A stretch of DNA of 64,000 nt from Cenococcum geophilum (lineage: Eukaryota), in the NCBI GenBank assembly GCA_050273025.1, contig CP158636.1:4092001-4156000 (forward strand), read 5' to 3'. The position numbers and the translations under genes were made by a program. A model generated the notes under the pieces. It ran no database searches. It saw only the letters and a program-made list of their open reading frames with translations, and was not told the origin of the DNA. Shown piece by piece: positions 1 to 13,197 of the stretch (position 1 is the first letter of the stretch; each line of letters begins with the position of its first letter).

Positions 1-234
1 CTTTATATAGTAGCAATCTATAAGTGTATATAGATGGTAACTATAAAAGAAGAGTTGCTAGTGTTGGGAATAAGGCAAGCGGTCGTCACGTGTCGTCACG
101 TGTCGCCGCGGCACTAGCGTGGTAAGGAACCTTAGGTTCCTTACCTACCCCCTAATTCTAAACAATAAGCTTTATAACTAACATTTACTGTATCTACTCG
201 AGTAGCATTGGTGAGTTACCCTGTAACACTAACA
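1..234 (+). mobile_element. 3' end of a Copia-type LTR retrotransposon (PPT plus 3' LTR 62-234), inserted in a Gypsy pol gene
   Basis: Purine tract AAAAGAAGAG then TTGCTAG|TGTTGGGAA...CTAACA. The sequence resembles the reverse complement of the 3' end of the Copia at 38840-39080. Gypsy pol sequence starts right after 234. Confidence 0.75.
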
Positions 235-1649
235 TAGTTAAAGAATATTAAGCTATTTATAAGGTTAATAAAGAAAGAAGAACCTTAGGTATAGGGAGAC
301 GAATAAAGGAAACTATTTAAGGAGGTTAAAGAGTTATTTACTTAAGACCTAATCCTTAAAATCTACTAACTAAAGCTAGAGACAGTGGTTAAAATAAATA
401 TATTAAACGTTATACTAGGGGCGTGCTTTCTATAGAAATATAAGGATAGATAGCACCTAGTAGCATACTATAGTTGGAAGATAATACTATTAGAACTAAA
501 CTATAACATCTATAATAAGGAGTTATTAGATATAGTTATAGCACTTTAGGAATAAAGAGTATTCTTATAAGGTATAGAAAAACTATTTATAGTTAAAATA
601 GATTATAAGAACCTAATAGGGTTCCTAATAATAAAAGAACCTAATTAAAGATAAGTTAAATAGGTAAAGATACTTATAGAATACTATTTTAAAATTTAGT
701 ATACTAAGGGAACAGATAATGCACGAGTAAATACTCTAAGTAGAAAGGCTAAACTATAAAATAATAAAAAGCTATTAGGGGCTTTACTACAAAAAGACAT
801 AGACGGATTAATTAGATATAATTATCCGAAGATTGCAGTAATAAGAGAAAGCAATTAAATCTATAAATTACTAGAGAGTAATTAGATATAAAAGATCTAA
901 GATATATAAGTAGAGAATCTAAACTCTAAGTAGTATAAGAATAAAAAAGTAATATATATGTTAAGAAACATTATAAAAGAATTTATTAAGTTATTTTATA
1001 AGGGACTAACTTAAGGATATAATGGAGCTATGGGCTTAGTATTAAGACTCTAAAAGGAATATATTATTAATAGAATCTAGGGACTAGTAAGATAGGTTAT
1101 AAAGAAATATCTAAATTACTAAAAAAATAAACTAATAAGGCATAAGCTATATAGAGAGCTATAACCTATTAAAATACCGGAAAGACTATAGGAGGTTATA
1201 TTATAGGACTTTATTATAAAGTTGTTAAAATTAAAAGATTCTATTACCGGATAAGATTATAATGTAATCTTAGTAATAGTAGATAAGCTAATAAAGTGGG
1301 GATACTTTATAGTATATATAGAAGAAATCTTAGCGGAAGATGTCGCTAGAATCTATATTAAAGAAGTATTTATAAGGCATAGAGTACTAAGTAAAATTAT
1401 ATTAGATAGAGATTTAAGATTTATAGTAGTATTTTAGGAGGTATTCTTAGCGGAATAAGGAGTTTAAGTAGTAACTTCTACTATATATTATCTGCAGATA
1501 GATAGTTAAACGGAAAGATTAAATTAGACACTAGAGCAGTATCTAAGACATTATATTAATTATATATAGAATAATTAGGTATTATTATTATTACTAGTTA
1601 TATAATTTGCATATAATACAACACCTTAAGAAAGAATAGGAATATTATT

Positions 1650-3820
1650 TGTCTGTATAAGTAAAGGTTACGTAGTCATGTCTCTGATTAGTCATCCTTA
1701 CGGTGACTTATCAGCCCCCTATTTAGGCGCCGCGATCCTTACGATCCTCTGCGAAAGATATGAATAAATTAAAGAACCTATTACCTTATATTGCAATTAC
1801 AGTACCCCTGGGTGATACCGACACTAATTAGTTGATATCACAGATTAGCCAGGTGTTATTACGAAGAGAGGTACTACGCGATCGCTCCTACTAAGGCCCG
1901 TCGACCACGTTGTGTTTGCTAAGGAGAACCCTTCCTATATAGGCCCTGGGAACTCAAAGAACCGACTCCTCCAAGGCTTTGTTCGGTTCGCGTCTATTAC
2001 GCAAAATCTACTATAAGAGATAACACGCGATCGCTCCTATTAAGGCCCGTTAATCACGTCGCGTTTACTAACAAGAACCGACTCCTACCAAGGCTTCATT
2101 CGGTTCGCGTCCACCACACAAATCAATACCTAGTACGACCTCTTTACTAAGCGCCAGTACACCTAGCAGTGTCAGCAGCACCCCTACCTATACCCCTACC
2201 TATACTACGACCTAAACTATAACCTATACTAGCTAATTATATTTAATATAAGAACCCAACGTCCGAACTAGGCTAACGGAATCACCCTAACTAGCGAGAC
2301 TACTGCAGAGGATATTACTAATTATATTTACTTTAAAATTAATAAGTATACTAGCTATAACTTTAAGGACAAAACCCTATGGGATTCATACCAAGAGGAC
2401 TTTGATAATTTTAAGGTATAAATATTTAAGGAAGCTGATAGGTCTATAATTAAAAGGCTTAAATAACTGCTCCGACGTAATGGAGTATGGGTCTTTAATA
2501 AAAAGAGTAAGTCAGTACTATAAGCACTGTACGACGTCGCTCACAAGGACGACCGTATAGAATGGTCAGATATAGAAATTCAGCTATATATCAACAGCGA
2601 AGGACCCTTCAATTTGTATGCTATTAACTATTGTTTTAAATTACGCCCACTTGCCACCACCCCTAGGACACCTCAACTACCTACTGCGTCTATACCCTAG
2701 CAAGCTCCGTCCACACAAGCTTTGTCCGCGCAATCTCCGTCTGCGCAAGCTCTGCCTATGCAAGCCCCATCTGCATAAGCCCCGTCCACGCAAGCTCCGT
2801 CTACACAAGCTCCGCCTACACAAGCTCCGTCTGCGCAAGCTCCGCCTACACAAGCCTCATCCGCACAAGCTCCGTCCGCGCAAGCTCCGCCTACGCAAGC
2901 TCCGTCTACAAAAGCTCCGCCTACGCAAGCTCCGTCCGCACAAGCTCCGCCCGCGTAAGCTCCGCTAGCTTTACTCTCCCCCTTAACTAAAGCTAAGGAC
3001 CTACGGCAGCCAAGCTTGTATAAACCTCCGCAACCTGCCCGGCAACAGCGCAACTCAGCTCTAGCTGTCTTAAATAACCTTCCTTCTATAACTGAGCTCC
3101 CCTTGCCTACGAACGTCACAGCTACTTCTACAAACGTTACGGCTCCCTCTGCGAACGTCACGGTTCCCTCTACAAATATCACAGCTCCCTCTATGAATAC
3201 CCCTATAACACCTTAAATACCTGTTGCATTTGTATCCTAATAGCCTGCCTAGCAGCAGCAGTACGACCCTTGGTAACCTAGCCGATAGCAGTATACCCTA
3301 TTGCAATTTACCTAATAACAGCAACTAGACCTAGGAGGAGGAGGAACAACGATATATAATGCTTGGTTATTAGCCCTTCTACCTGTTTTCCCCTATGGAC
3401 ACCCCGGTAACACCTTGTACGCGCCTACCTGTCTCCACCGCAATATCTGAATGTTTACGATATTTGTAATATTCGCAATATCCGTAGCGATATCCGTAAT
3501 ACCCGTAACAATATCCGCAACATCTACAATATCCGTAATATTCGCAATACCTGAGATATTCGCGATTGCTGCCCTGAGCATCTATTGACCTATATACTTC
3601 TCCTTTATACTTTCTTACCTTCTTTCCTTTTTATAAATGTCGCCAGTGTTTGTACGAGTAGAGGTTACGTGGTTATGTCTCTGATTAGTCATCCTTACGG
3701 TGACTTATTAGCCCCCTATTTAGGCACCGCGATCCTTACAATCCTCTGTGAAAGACACGAATGAATTAAAGAACCTGTTACCTTATATTGCAATTGCAGT
3801 ACCCCCGGGTGATACCGACA
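1650..3820 (+). mobile_element. Small non-autonomous LTR element (174-bp LTRs 1650-1823 and 3647-3820) carrying a Copia-like gag remnant
   Basis: Near-identical TG...CA direct repeats, 5-bp TSD TTATT on both sides. Internal gag-like remnant (YQEDFDNF...LLRRNGVWV) at ~2380-2500. CTAATTAG follows the 5' LTR as in the Copia at 38840-44840. No pol detected. Confidence 0.88.
2700..2965 (+). repeat. 18-bp tandem array (CAAGCTCCGYCYRCR-type; QAPSAQAPPT-like in the gag frame)
   Basis: About 14 directly visible units. They account for the spurious ORFs 2618..2968 and 2697..3182. Confidence 0.9.
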
Positions 3821-5564
3821 TTATTATTTAAGGCGAATTACGGGTACGAGCTAAGAATAATATTATTGCTATAATAAGTAAAGAAAATAAGTAGTATAGC
3901 TAAGTAAAGAATGGAGATATTAATAAATCTTTATATAGACCTTACGGAAATAGTAAAAGTAGTATAGTAAAGAATAAAAAGGTACTATAACGCTAAGAGA
4001 TCTAAGGGACCAGATCTTAAGGGGGGGGATAAAGTATAGCTATTATATAAAAATTTTAAGAGTTAACGACTAAGTAAGAAGTTAGACTATATTAGACTAA
4101 GACCTTTTAAAATTATAAAAAGAATTTTACTGGTTACGTTTAAGTTAAATCTATTAACTAAAATAAAGATTTACCCTATATAGTATATCGTAATACTAGA
4201 GCCAGTATATAGGAATATTAAGCCACTAGTTTATAAAGTAGACATATATAGAGGATAAGAGGAAGATAAATAGTAAGTTTTAAAGATTGTTAGTTATAAG
4301 GATATAGACAATAAGATATAGTATAAAGTAAAGTGGATAGGCTATAATAAGACTACCTAAAAACTACTAAAGAATTTAAAGAACGCTATAGGAAAGGTAT
4401 AGGAGTATTAGAAGAGAAAAGGTTAGGTAATATTAATAAAGAAGAATCGCTAAAGAATAAGCCACCTAAGGGGGATATAGGAAGAACGATTGCCAAACTA
4501 CTTAGAGTTATTTCCTTCTCTATTAAAAGAGAATCTATTCTTTTATTGCTAAGTTCCTATAAACCTTATTTTATAAGTTTCTACTCTTTAGAATAAACCT
4601 TCTTACGGACCTTTTTAAGACGAAGTAAATAAGCAGACGTAACAATATGGGCATTTAAAGCCTTTTACTCCGCATTATAAGAACATTCTAAATTAGCTAA
4701 GGCTTAAGTTAGCTTACTATTAAGCTTTACAGCAGCAAATTAAACCTAAGACACTAGTAGCAATTAATAAGGGCACTTAAAGACTATTTAGAATAACAGG
4801 ACGCGTATATTTAGCGTTAGAAACCGAGTAAACGTTATAGGACGATTAAATATTTGCTTTAGTATATTTAGAATAAGAGGACAGTTGTTAGGAGGATAGA
4901 CTCGCTAACGTAATATAAACTAACCCCTCTTTTGCACAACGGGAATACGGAGATAGTATAATCTTACCTAGTAATAATATAGCGGCAATAGTACGAGTAT
5001 AACGTTACGCTTATAAAGAAGAAGGTGCCTTAGGTATAATAAGTAATAATATTAACCAAATTAATTAGACGGATATTATACCTCTAGTAAACGACTTAGA
5101 GATACTAGAAATCTTTAAGAATAAAGATAAGAAAAAGGGAGATAGTGTTACGAACGCTTTAAGTATAATATTACGACTACTTAGAGAAGAGTTAAAAGAA
5201 GCTAGTTAGTTAATATAAGTACGGTTTAGGATGGAGCCAATAGAACCATATAACGAAGAATAGTAAGCGGGTTATATAATGTTATACGCAGTATATATAA
5301 TATATAAACGGGACGTATATATAATACGTATAACACGTACTTTACATATAAGGAAGATTTCCTAGGAGTACGGTTATATATTTAAGGACCCTTAGTCCCT
5401 ACCTAGATAGTTCCTTCCTTATAGTAATTCTCAGAATACAATTAGAGTTAATCTATTAGGCAACTACTCCACTAGTTGTTATTACGTTATTGATTTCCTA
5501 CATTACCTATATACCTAGCCTATTAACAAGCCTACCGTAGTTCCTGCTATAAGGTTCCGTTATA

Positions 5565-8500
5565 TTTTAGGAACTTTATATAAAGTTTATAGAAGCTTTA
5601 TTACTACAGCATTTCAACCTAAATTAGCCATTAATAAGAATTACTAATATATCGAATTTTGCCCTTATTAGTATCCTATTACAACCTAATAGGCATCTAA
5701 ACGCTACCTAGCTCTATTAGAGACTAGTAATATTTTATAATAGAAAATTCTAGGGACCTAAAGTTAGGTATTATACCCACGATAAGGAACTACTAGCTAT
5801 AGTTAACTGCTTTAAACAGTGGCGGCACTACTTTAAGCATATAAGCTATACCACTTATATACTCTTAGATTACTATAATTTACACTACTTTATAACTATA
5901 AAGGAGCTTATACCTTAATAAGCTAGATAGGCAGAGGAGCTTACGCGATTTAATTTTAAGATTAAATATAAGCTAGGGGAAAATAACCCTACTAATAAAC
6001 CGTTACGACAGCTAGATTATGCTAAAGACTTTAAAATAGAAGAAGGAAAATAGATAATAGATATCTTACTCCCTATATTATAGAATAAGCTCTAGGTATA
6101 GGATGCTTAAGCACCTATAGCTCTATATACTAAGTCTTAGGCGGTATAAGCCCTATTGGTTTCTACTAATGTTCTAGCTAGTACCCGGTCCGTTACTAAT
6201 AAGGGTCCAAATATACCTAAACAGAACATCCCTAATATATTCTTAGAACCTAGTAATATACCATCTCTAATTACGAAGCTATCCCCTTAAACTAATAGTA
6301 AAGCTATAGAGCAATTGGAACTTAGAGCCCTATAATAACTAAAGGACTTTAACCTTATAGCGGCCTTCCTAATATACGTGTATTAAAGAGTTATAAGATC
6401 TATAGTACTATTTAGTCTTATACTTAGAGTAATATAGAATAAAATAGCTTTTACCTAAGAACTATCTAAAAGGTTAATAAATCTTATCTATAAGGTGTAA
6501 CAAAGGAACGCTTCTTATACTATCCTTAATATAAAAGTAGACCGGAAATGTAACGGAAAAGAAGCTACTAGGCGCCACTATTAGGAACTAGACTTAATAG
6601 GCCTACTATATAAAGGTAGTAAGGTTTAGGTGCTATAAGAAGCAAATCTATAACAGAAGATTCTTATAAAGAATTATAATAATTCTCTAGGCGGCCACTA
6701 TAGTTAAGTAAAATTAGTAGAATTACTTTAACACAAATACTATTGGCTAAGGCTTAATTAGGAAGTAAAGGAGTATATTAGCTATTATAAGAAGTGTTAA
6801 GTATATAAGATCCGTAGGCATAAGCCATAGGGTCTATTTAAATTAGTTTCCCCCGCTAGTAAGCTATAGCAATATTACGCTATAGACTTTATTACGGATC
6901 TCCCGTTATTTAAAAATAGCTAAGGATAAATATATAATTCGGTCCTTATACTTATTAATAGGTTTTTAAAGTACGTCTAATACCTTCCTATTAATAAGAT
7001 AATTAATGTATAAAAGCTTGCTAACCTAATTAAGGAGAAATGTTTTCTTAAAGTAAATTAGCTATACTCTATTATTACTAATAGGGGCAGCGTCTTTATA
7101 AGCTAATACTGGTCAAACCTATACTTCCATTTAAAGATAGACCACTATTATAGTACGGCTTTCCATCCGCAGACAAACGGATAAATAAAACGCTAAAATT
7201 AGGAACTGGAGTCTTATCTGCAAATATATTTAAACTATTAGTAAGACAACTAGTATAAGCTACTTCCGTACGCGGAGTACGCTTATAATTTAAAGCAATA
7301 TATATTATATAAGTATACACCAATCTAGATTACCTATAGTGTTTAACTATTTAGGTTTAATGGTATACCTAATAATTACTGGCTAAGGCCGTATAATTAG
7401 TTATAGGACTCTACTAGGAAGTCTAAGGATATCTACTAAAGAGTATAAGGATACCTCTAGGAATGGGAGGAGTAATAAAAGTATATAAAGTAGAGCCTAT
7501 AAGATGCCTAAGAGCAGTAAAGACTTTGGTATAACTGTAAGCACTAAGATAAGCATTTCGGAGTAGGCGATAAGGTTCTATTACGTTTAACGAATATTAA
7601 GACCTATTAACTATTAAAGAAGCTTAATATAAGATACCTAGGTCCCTTTTAAGTTAAGGAACGAATTAGCAAGCTAGCCTATTATCTCTAGCTACCCCTA
7701 TCTATAGCCTATATGCATTTAGTGTTTTATATAAACCTACTAGAGCTATAGCATAGACTACTGCTGAAAAAGAACTTCTATCTAAGCTCAATTAAACACC
7801 CTAAGGTAGTGGGCGAGTGGTATAAGGTTAAAGCTATACTATATTATAAGTCTGTCAAAAACAAGCTTTAATTTAAAGTTAAATAGCTAGGCTAGCCTAC
7901 TAAGAACTCTATATAGGAACTAGAGGATCACCTTAATTATTATAAAGATATTTTAAAAGAATATTAGGACTAAGGTCCACAATCTATAAGTTATAAAAAG
8001 CGCTCTAATACTACGGTGTTATCGCGACCTATAAAGAAAGTTCGCGAAAAGAGTAAATAGGTTAAATTAGATATAAAACGAACAGGCTTCGGAAACTATA
8101 GGGATAGGGCTACAGCCTAAGGCAGGACAGGTCCTTAGCCTTTTTATATATATAGCATAGAGTTAATAGGGCATTTTACTAGAATTGCATTCCTATCTAT
8201 TAATCTATACTAGGAATATTATTTTTAGGGCTCCTAAGCCCTTTCTAAAAGCCTTTTAAGGCCTTTCTAAGCACCTAATTAAGGTCCTTAATTGCTACTA
8301 TATATAAGAATAAATCCCAAATACTTAATCTAAAAAGCCACTATACCTCATCCTTAGAAGTAGGATTAGTATTTATTGGCCCTTTAAGGGATAGCTAACA
8401 AGAATAAGATCCAGAACCCTTAGTAGGGGTATAGGTAGGCATAAAAATAGGGGTAGGATAATAAGGTATAGCTAGAGCAGAGACTCTTAAACGCTTAATA

Positions 8501-10516
8501 TTAATATTAGGTCCAAACTAATACTAATAAAGTTCTTAGGGAGTAAGCTTATAGTTAATAAAGACACACTTAAGCCTAAAATAAATAGAGATGTTAGCTA
8601 GCTAGTATAGTCTAGAACTACTAAGACCTTACTACAGCAACTATTAGCTACCTATCCGCTAGGTACCTAAAGGGTAACCTACCTAATACTACATTATATT
8701 ATGCTCTTTTAAAACTTAACGCGTATACGTAAACTCCTTCCTATAGTAGACAGTAACCTTCTTCTTATCACCCCCATCTTTTACCCTATCCTTAGTATAC
8801 CAACCTTACTCTCGCATTGGGCGTTACTGGCTAACTTGCTAAGAATTATAGGCGGTGTAAATAGCTGTAGTATAGTCTTAAATTCAACTAAGTTGTTTAG
8901 TATTTACGCTAGAATAAGAAAGAGCCTAGGCGATATAGTAGTTAAGGACATTAAAGGAACGTCGCCACTTAGGCCTAGGCTATTAAAGCTTAAAGTTAGC
9001 AATAGAAGTCTATTAAGAATAGAAAAGCTCACCTTAATATAACTGCCGCTCTTAGTATATATGCATTAATTATAAGAACTAAAGGTATTAGATTTAATAC
9101 AGTACGTCTTATTATAAGCCTCTAGAATCCTATTATTAGATTTCTAATCTTTCGAAGACATATAGGCAAAATTATTTAGGTAGGACCAGCACTAGTTATA
9201 AGTTAGCGGAGGTTGGGGTTTTATATACATAGGTAAGGCTAGGATACGCTGTGGAATCTACTTAAAAGAGCAGTTAGTAGGAGAATAAAGAGGCATATTA
9301 AATGATTGATGAAAAAGAAGAAAATCTTAATAATATATTAAAGATACGTCCAAAATTGGACGACGGTTAATGGCGGGAAGTAAGGTGTTTAAGAAAAGGA
9401 GCAGCTCGACGAGCAAGGTATCTTTATACTTTACCTTCCAATACCCTTCCGGTAAATAGCCGCAACCTTGCCGATATAACTCCGTTACAATAGCGCTATT
9501 CAGAAGGAAGCACGCGCATAAGTCATTTGACCATTACTTCCTTATAAAAACTAACTACGCGGCCAGGGGAAGGCAATTAAGACGTCAAATCAAAGACGCA
9601 TATGGGTTAAATTAGACCTAAAACGATACTACAGTATTAAAGAACAATGTTATAGACGTTCTTGACAATCGCATAATAGCTATAATTGCTATCGCGAAAT
9701 GTCCCTATTTGCTGGGTAGTAGAGCTGCGCCAAATATACGGCATAGGACCACCAGATTTAAAAGTATATATGCTAAATCTTAGGAGACAAGCCTCCTTAA
9801 TTAACTAATTGATACCTTAACCGTATTTAATAGCCTAAGGGCAAATGCGGGAATAATGCATTAGTAATATAGAGGATTATATAAAACAATTATAGATTAT
9901 ATTTTAACAGTTAAAAGATAACGGCAAGCTAAGGCCCTATACATTAAGCTATATACTAAATGGTTCTATAGAACTATATTAGGAACACTAAATTGCCTAT
10001 AATATTTATAATTGATTACAGACTAGTATAAAGGCTTAAATATAAAGTTATATAAAAATCCTTAAGTTAGCCTAGGTAGTTACTAGTAGGCTTTTAGTAG
10101 GCTTCTAGTAGGTTCCTAGTAATCCTCGCGTCTTTTCTCTAGTTACGTTTTTCCCTTATTAAGGTTTTTTAGGAGTTTAAAGTAGGGGTTAGATAGATAG
10201 ATAATATATAGCGGTATACTAACACCTCTCTAATATTTCTCCGAACCCCTTCCAGAACAAGCCCTTATAATCTCCCTACTATAAGGTAATGGCGATTGGG
10301 GGCCGACCGTAAGAGGAGGGGGGCAATATAAGGGATATTATTGCGGTTACCTTGGGTTGCCCTTAGGACAACCCCCGGACGCCCCTCGGATAGTCGCCGG
10401 TCACGTACTAGAGGCACATGCCCGTAGTATATAGTCTCCATAATCCTAGAGGCCTTACCTCCTTAAGGATTCGTCTCTCTTACTAATCTATCCTATTCCA
10501 CAATCGTGTCCTTATA
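5565..10516 (+). mobile_element. Gypsy/chromovirus family B copy 1, 3' half (RNase H, integrase, chromodomain, long 3' region, 3' LTR 10327-10516)
   Basis: RNase H (YYTHDKELLAIV) at ~5770, integrase at ~6650-7350, chromodomain at ~7810-7970. PPT AAGAGGAGGGGGG precedes an LTR with inverted ends TATAAGG...CCTTATA (RIPed TGT...ACA). Confidence 0.85.
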
Positions 10517-10624
10517 GCCCCCTATCTATAAGATCCCCTTATAGAATACTAGGGGGCAAGATATATCGTCATAGAACGTAAGTTAGATCCCTAAAATAAA
10601 TATTTATAGATTTTAACTAAAACT

Positions 10625-10960
10625 AACCGACTACCTATATCTAACTTCCTATAAAATAAAGCTATAATATTGCTATAATATAGAGGCGGTAGGGAAAATA
10701 GAGAGCTTTTAGCTTATAGTATTTTAGAAATAATTAGACGTAGAGAAGTATGTAAGGTATAGTAGTAAGGCAAGATTGCGACAAAATTATAACAAAATAC
10801 TAACTATAAATGTGACCGACTGCCTATATTTAAGATTTTATATAATATAGCAACGACGTTGTTTTTTAATATAATAGGTAAAGAAGCTAAAGAGCTCCTA
10901 CCTTATAGTATTTTTATAATAACTAGACGTTGTAAAATAGTTGAGATACAGCAGTGAAAA
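10625..10960. repeat. Diverged ~190-bp tandem duplication at the left edge of the gene island
   Basis: Two units, each starting ACCGACTRCCTATAT (~10626, ~10815) and sharing GAGCT...TTATAGTATTTT...TAGACGT. Confidence 0.6.
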
Positions 10961-11440
10961 AGGTGATTTTTGCTGCATTTTGACGCTGCATTCTCACCAA
11001 AGCGACGCCCATAAGCTCGGGGAAGGATTTCGTTGGTTAATAAGGAGCAGTATGCCCGCCCGTGCGCGTAGTGCACATACCAACGCTCACCCGAGGGTCT
11101 GATTTATGAGATAAGTCCATCCTGGACCACAAATATTGATGCCTAAAGCCGGAAACTCTAAATTTTGAATGCAGTTAGGGGCACGCGGAATTTCTCGATG
11201 CACTGCAAATTTAGCGTCTTACCCACTCGTTACCAGGGTCGAGAACTCGCACGGATATACAAAGTAAACCACGTAAAACTTACTTGCACTGCAGATGCGG
11301 TAGTAAGCTGCGGCTCGACAGTCTCGGCAGCAGTTTCGCCTGGAGCTCGCGGCCTGGGAAGAACTTCGATGTTTCCTGTAGTATTGTCAGCCCTGTTCGA
11401 TATGCTTTGTGTGTATGAGAGCAACTTACGGTGGTCAGGT

Positions 11441-12236
11441 TCAAGTTCGAGACCTTCTCACCGCCCTCCTTTGCATCTTCGCCGGCAAAGAATGCAACAT
11501 CCAACTCAGAATCCTATGCCTCGCGTACGGAACAATCTGTCTCCCCCTCCCCGGCCCAACTCTCCTCAACACAGACTCCGCAAACACGTCCGCCGGCGGA
11601 ATCGCCCAACCCAACTCCGACCTATAGCTCTGACTCCGCAACTCTCCCTGCGCCACATCAACGACGTCGGTCTCGTACCCTTCGGCTTTGAGCTCCCAGT
11701 CCAGAGCTTCGGAGAAGCCGCTGACGAATCCTTTGGCCCCCGAGTACAGCGTTAGTACGGTGTGCCTTCTTCCGCTAGGGAGCCGAGGTTGATGATTAGC
11801 GTGCGGCCTCCGGATGAAGAGAGGATGAGCATCATGAGCGAGGTGAGTATGTCATGAAGCGGTTGTTGATGGCGAACACGCTGTCTATTTCTGCGGGCGT
11901 GTATTCTGCGAAGGTCCTGAAGTGCTTTCTGAAGATTGCGCCGAGGCCGCCCACGTTGATCGGGACCGTGACATTGAGCTCCTTTATCTTCGTCGACTCG
12001 AGCGCTTTTTCGGTGTCCGTGAAGGAAGCATTAGCACGACGTTGAAGCCGTACTTTGTGATTTCGAGAGCGAGACCGAAGCCGATGCCTGCGGTTGCGCC
12101 CATGACGACTGCCCAGGGTTCCTTGCCATGGTGGTAGCTCTTAAGGAGGGTTCTTGGATGTAATAGAAGTAGATGAAGGAGGTGAAATGGAGGGGAGACC
12201 AAAGGCCGCGAAGATGTGCTCGACTCGGCCCCACAT
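11441..12236 (-). pseudogene. Frameshifted short-chain dehydrogenase (17beta-HSD / very-long-chain 3-oxoacyl-CoA reductase-like)
   Basis: Pieces in different frames: EPWAVVMGATAGIGFGLALEITKYGFNVVL (Rossmann motif), LIINLGS, catalytic LYSGAKGFVSGFSEALDWELKAEG, and a C-terminal part ending at 11441. Several small indels break the frame. Confidence 0.8.
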
Positions 12237-13197
12237 GGTTGGCTGCCAGGCTCTTTCAACGGTACCGTGGTGTGTGGGATCGTGTTACTCAGGCGGCCCG
12301 GAATCTAGTTCTTCTTGCTATGGTGATCAATCCCGAGAGTGATGAGAACTGTATCTTGCTTGCTCATCGGGAACCATCGTACAGGACTCTGGGAAAGGTT
12401 TGGCGCTCTCACTACTTGCATCAAGCGGGGAACAGGCGATAGGGTTGCAACACAGCTGCATCTCGGTGTTCGAGATCCATCTCGGCATGGCCTGACTTCC
12501 TTCATCATATCATGTCCAGGTGGACACCGGCATACGATGCCAAGCTCTTTGGAGACTCACTCCGTACTTGGTTCGGCATCGCAGCTCGACGTCCAGCTCT
12601 TGAACACCAGAGAATTGCGTACGACTCGATCGCATTGCATGGAGCTCAAGCCATGATGTAGATCGGCGAACTGACTGGGTTTGCAAGCGACTGGGAGAAG
12701 ACGGAAGCGTCACAGCGCGTCCTAAGACTTGTAGACGATAATCTCATAACTCCTGGTATCTCCGCAAGGCGATAGCGGATTTGCGCGAGTGGACAGCTGT
12801 GGTTGTGGCGTGAGAAAACCCCGTCGAATTTTGTCCACCGCTTTCGTCTAAACGATGCTCCGATGCTCCGACGCTGCGTCGAGTTTTCACTACGACCACT
12901 ATCACCATCCGAATCCTAAGCATCGACTGCTCCGCCACGGACAAGGCGATTCTTTCATTTCGCTCAATGGAATTAAACGGCGTTAAGTCGGTAATTGGCG
13001 CCATAAAGCCTCAGATTGGCAAATGTAGGTTACCATAACGTCGGAGCGTCGACCGTAGGTAGGGAGCGCTTTTGAAGTATAAATCGTTCGATATTCCATC
13101 CTCAGTCCGCTTCTCAGATCATTGCTATATCGTCAAAATCAACAGTATTTGCTCTAGTACTACTCCAAAGCTCGTCACACATCCCCTAATCCCTACG

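Larger units (their letters stand above)
235..5564 (+). mobile_element. Gypsy/chromovirus family A, 3' half (RNase H, integrase, chromodomain, PPT, 3' LTR 5146-5564), RIP-inactivated and interrupted at 1650-3820
   Basis: Degenerate RNase H motifs (HLVAYYS, NYNIYNKELL, DYKNL) at ~390-750. Integrase core at ~1100-1620. Chromodomain (YKVKWIGY) at ~4260-4390. PPT AAGAAAAAGGGAGA precedes LTR TGTTACG...CGTTATA. Confidence 0.85.

Noticed and set aside
2618..3581. ORFs 2618..2968, 2697..3182, 3016..3216 and 3393..3581 as genes
   Set aside because: They arise from tandem repeats or the broken gag frame inside an LTR element.
11165..12137. Plus-strand ORFs such as 11165..11755
   Set aside because: Antisense shadows of the GC-rich SDR pseudogene.
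12300..13004. Short ORFs between the two SDRs as a small secreted effector or third gene
   Set aside because: No signal peptide, no recognisable motif and no preferred frame. A decayed gene cannot be excluded.
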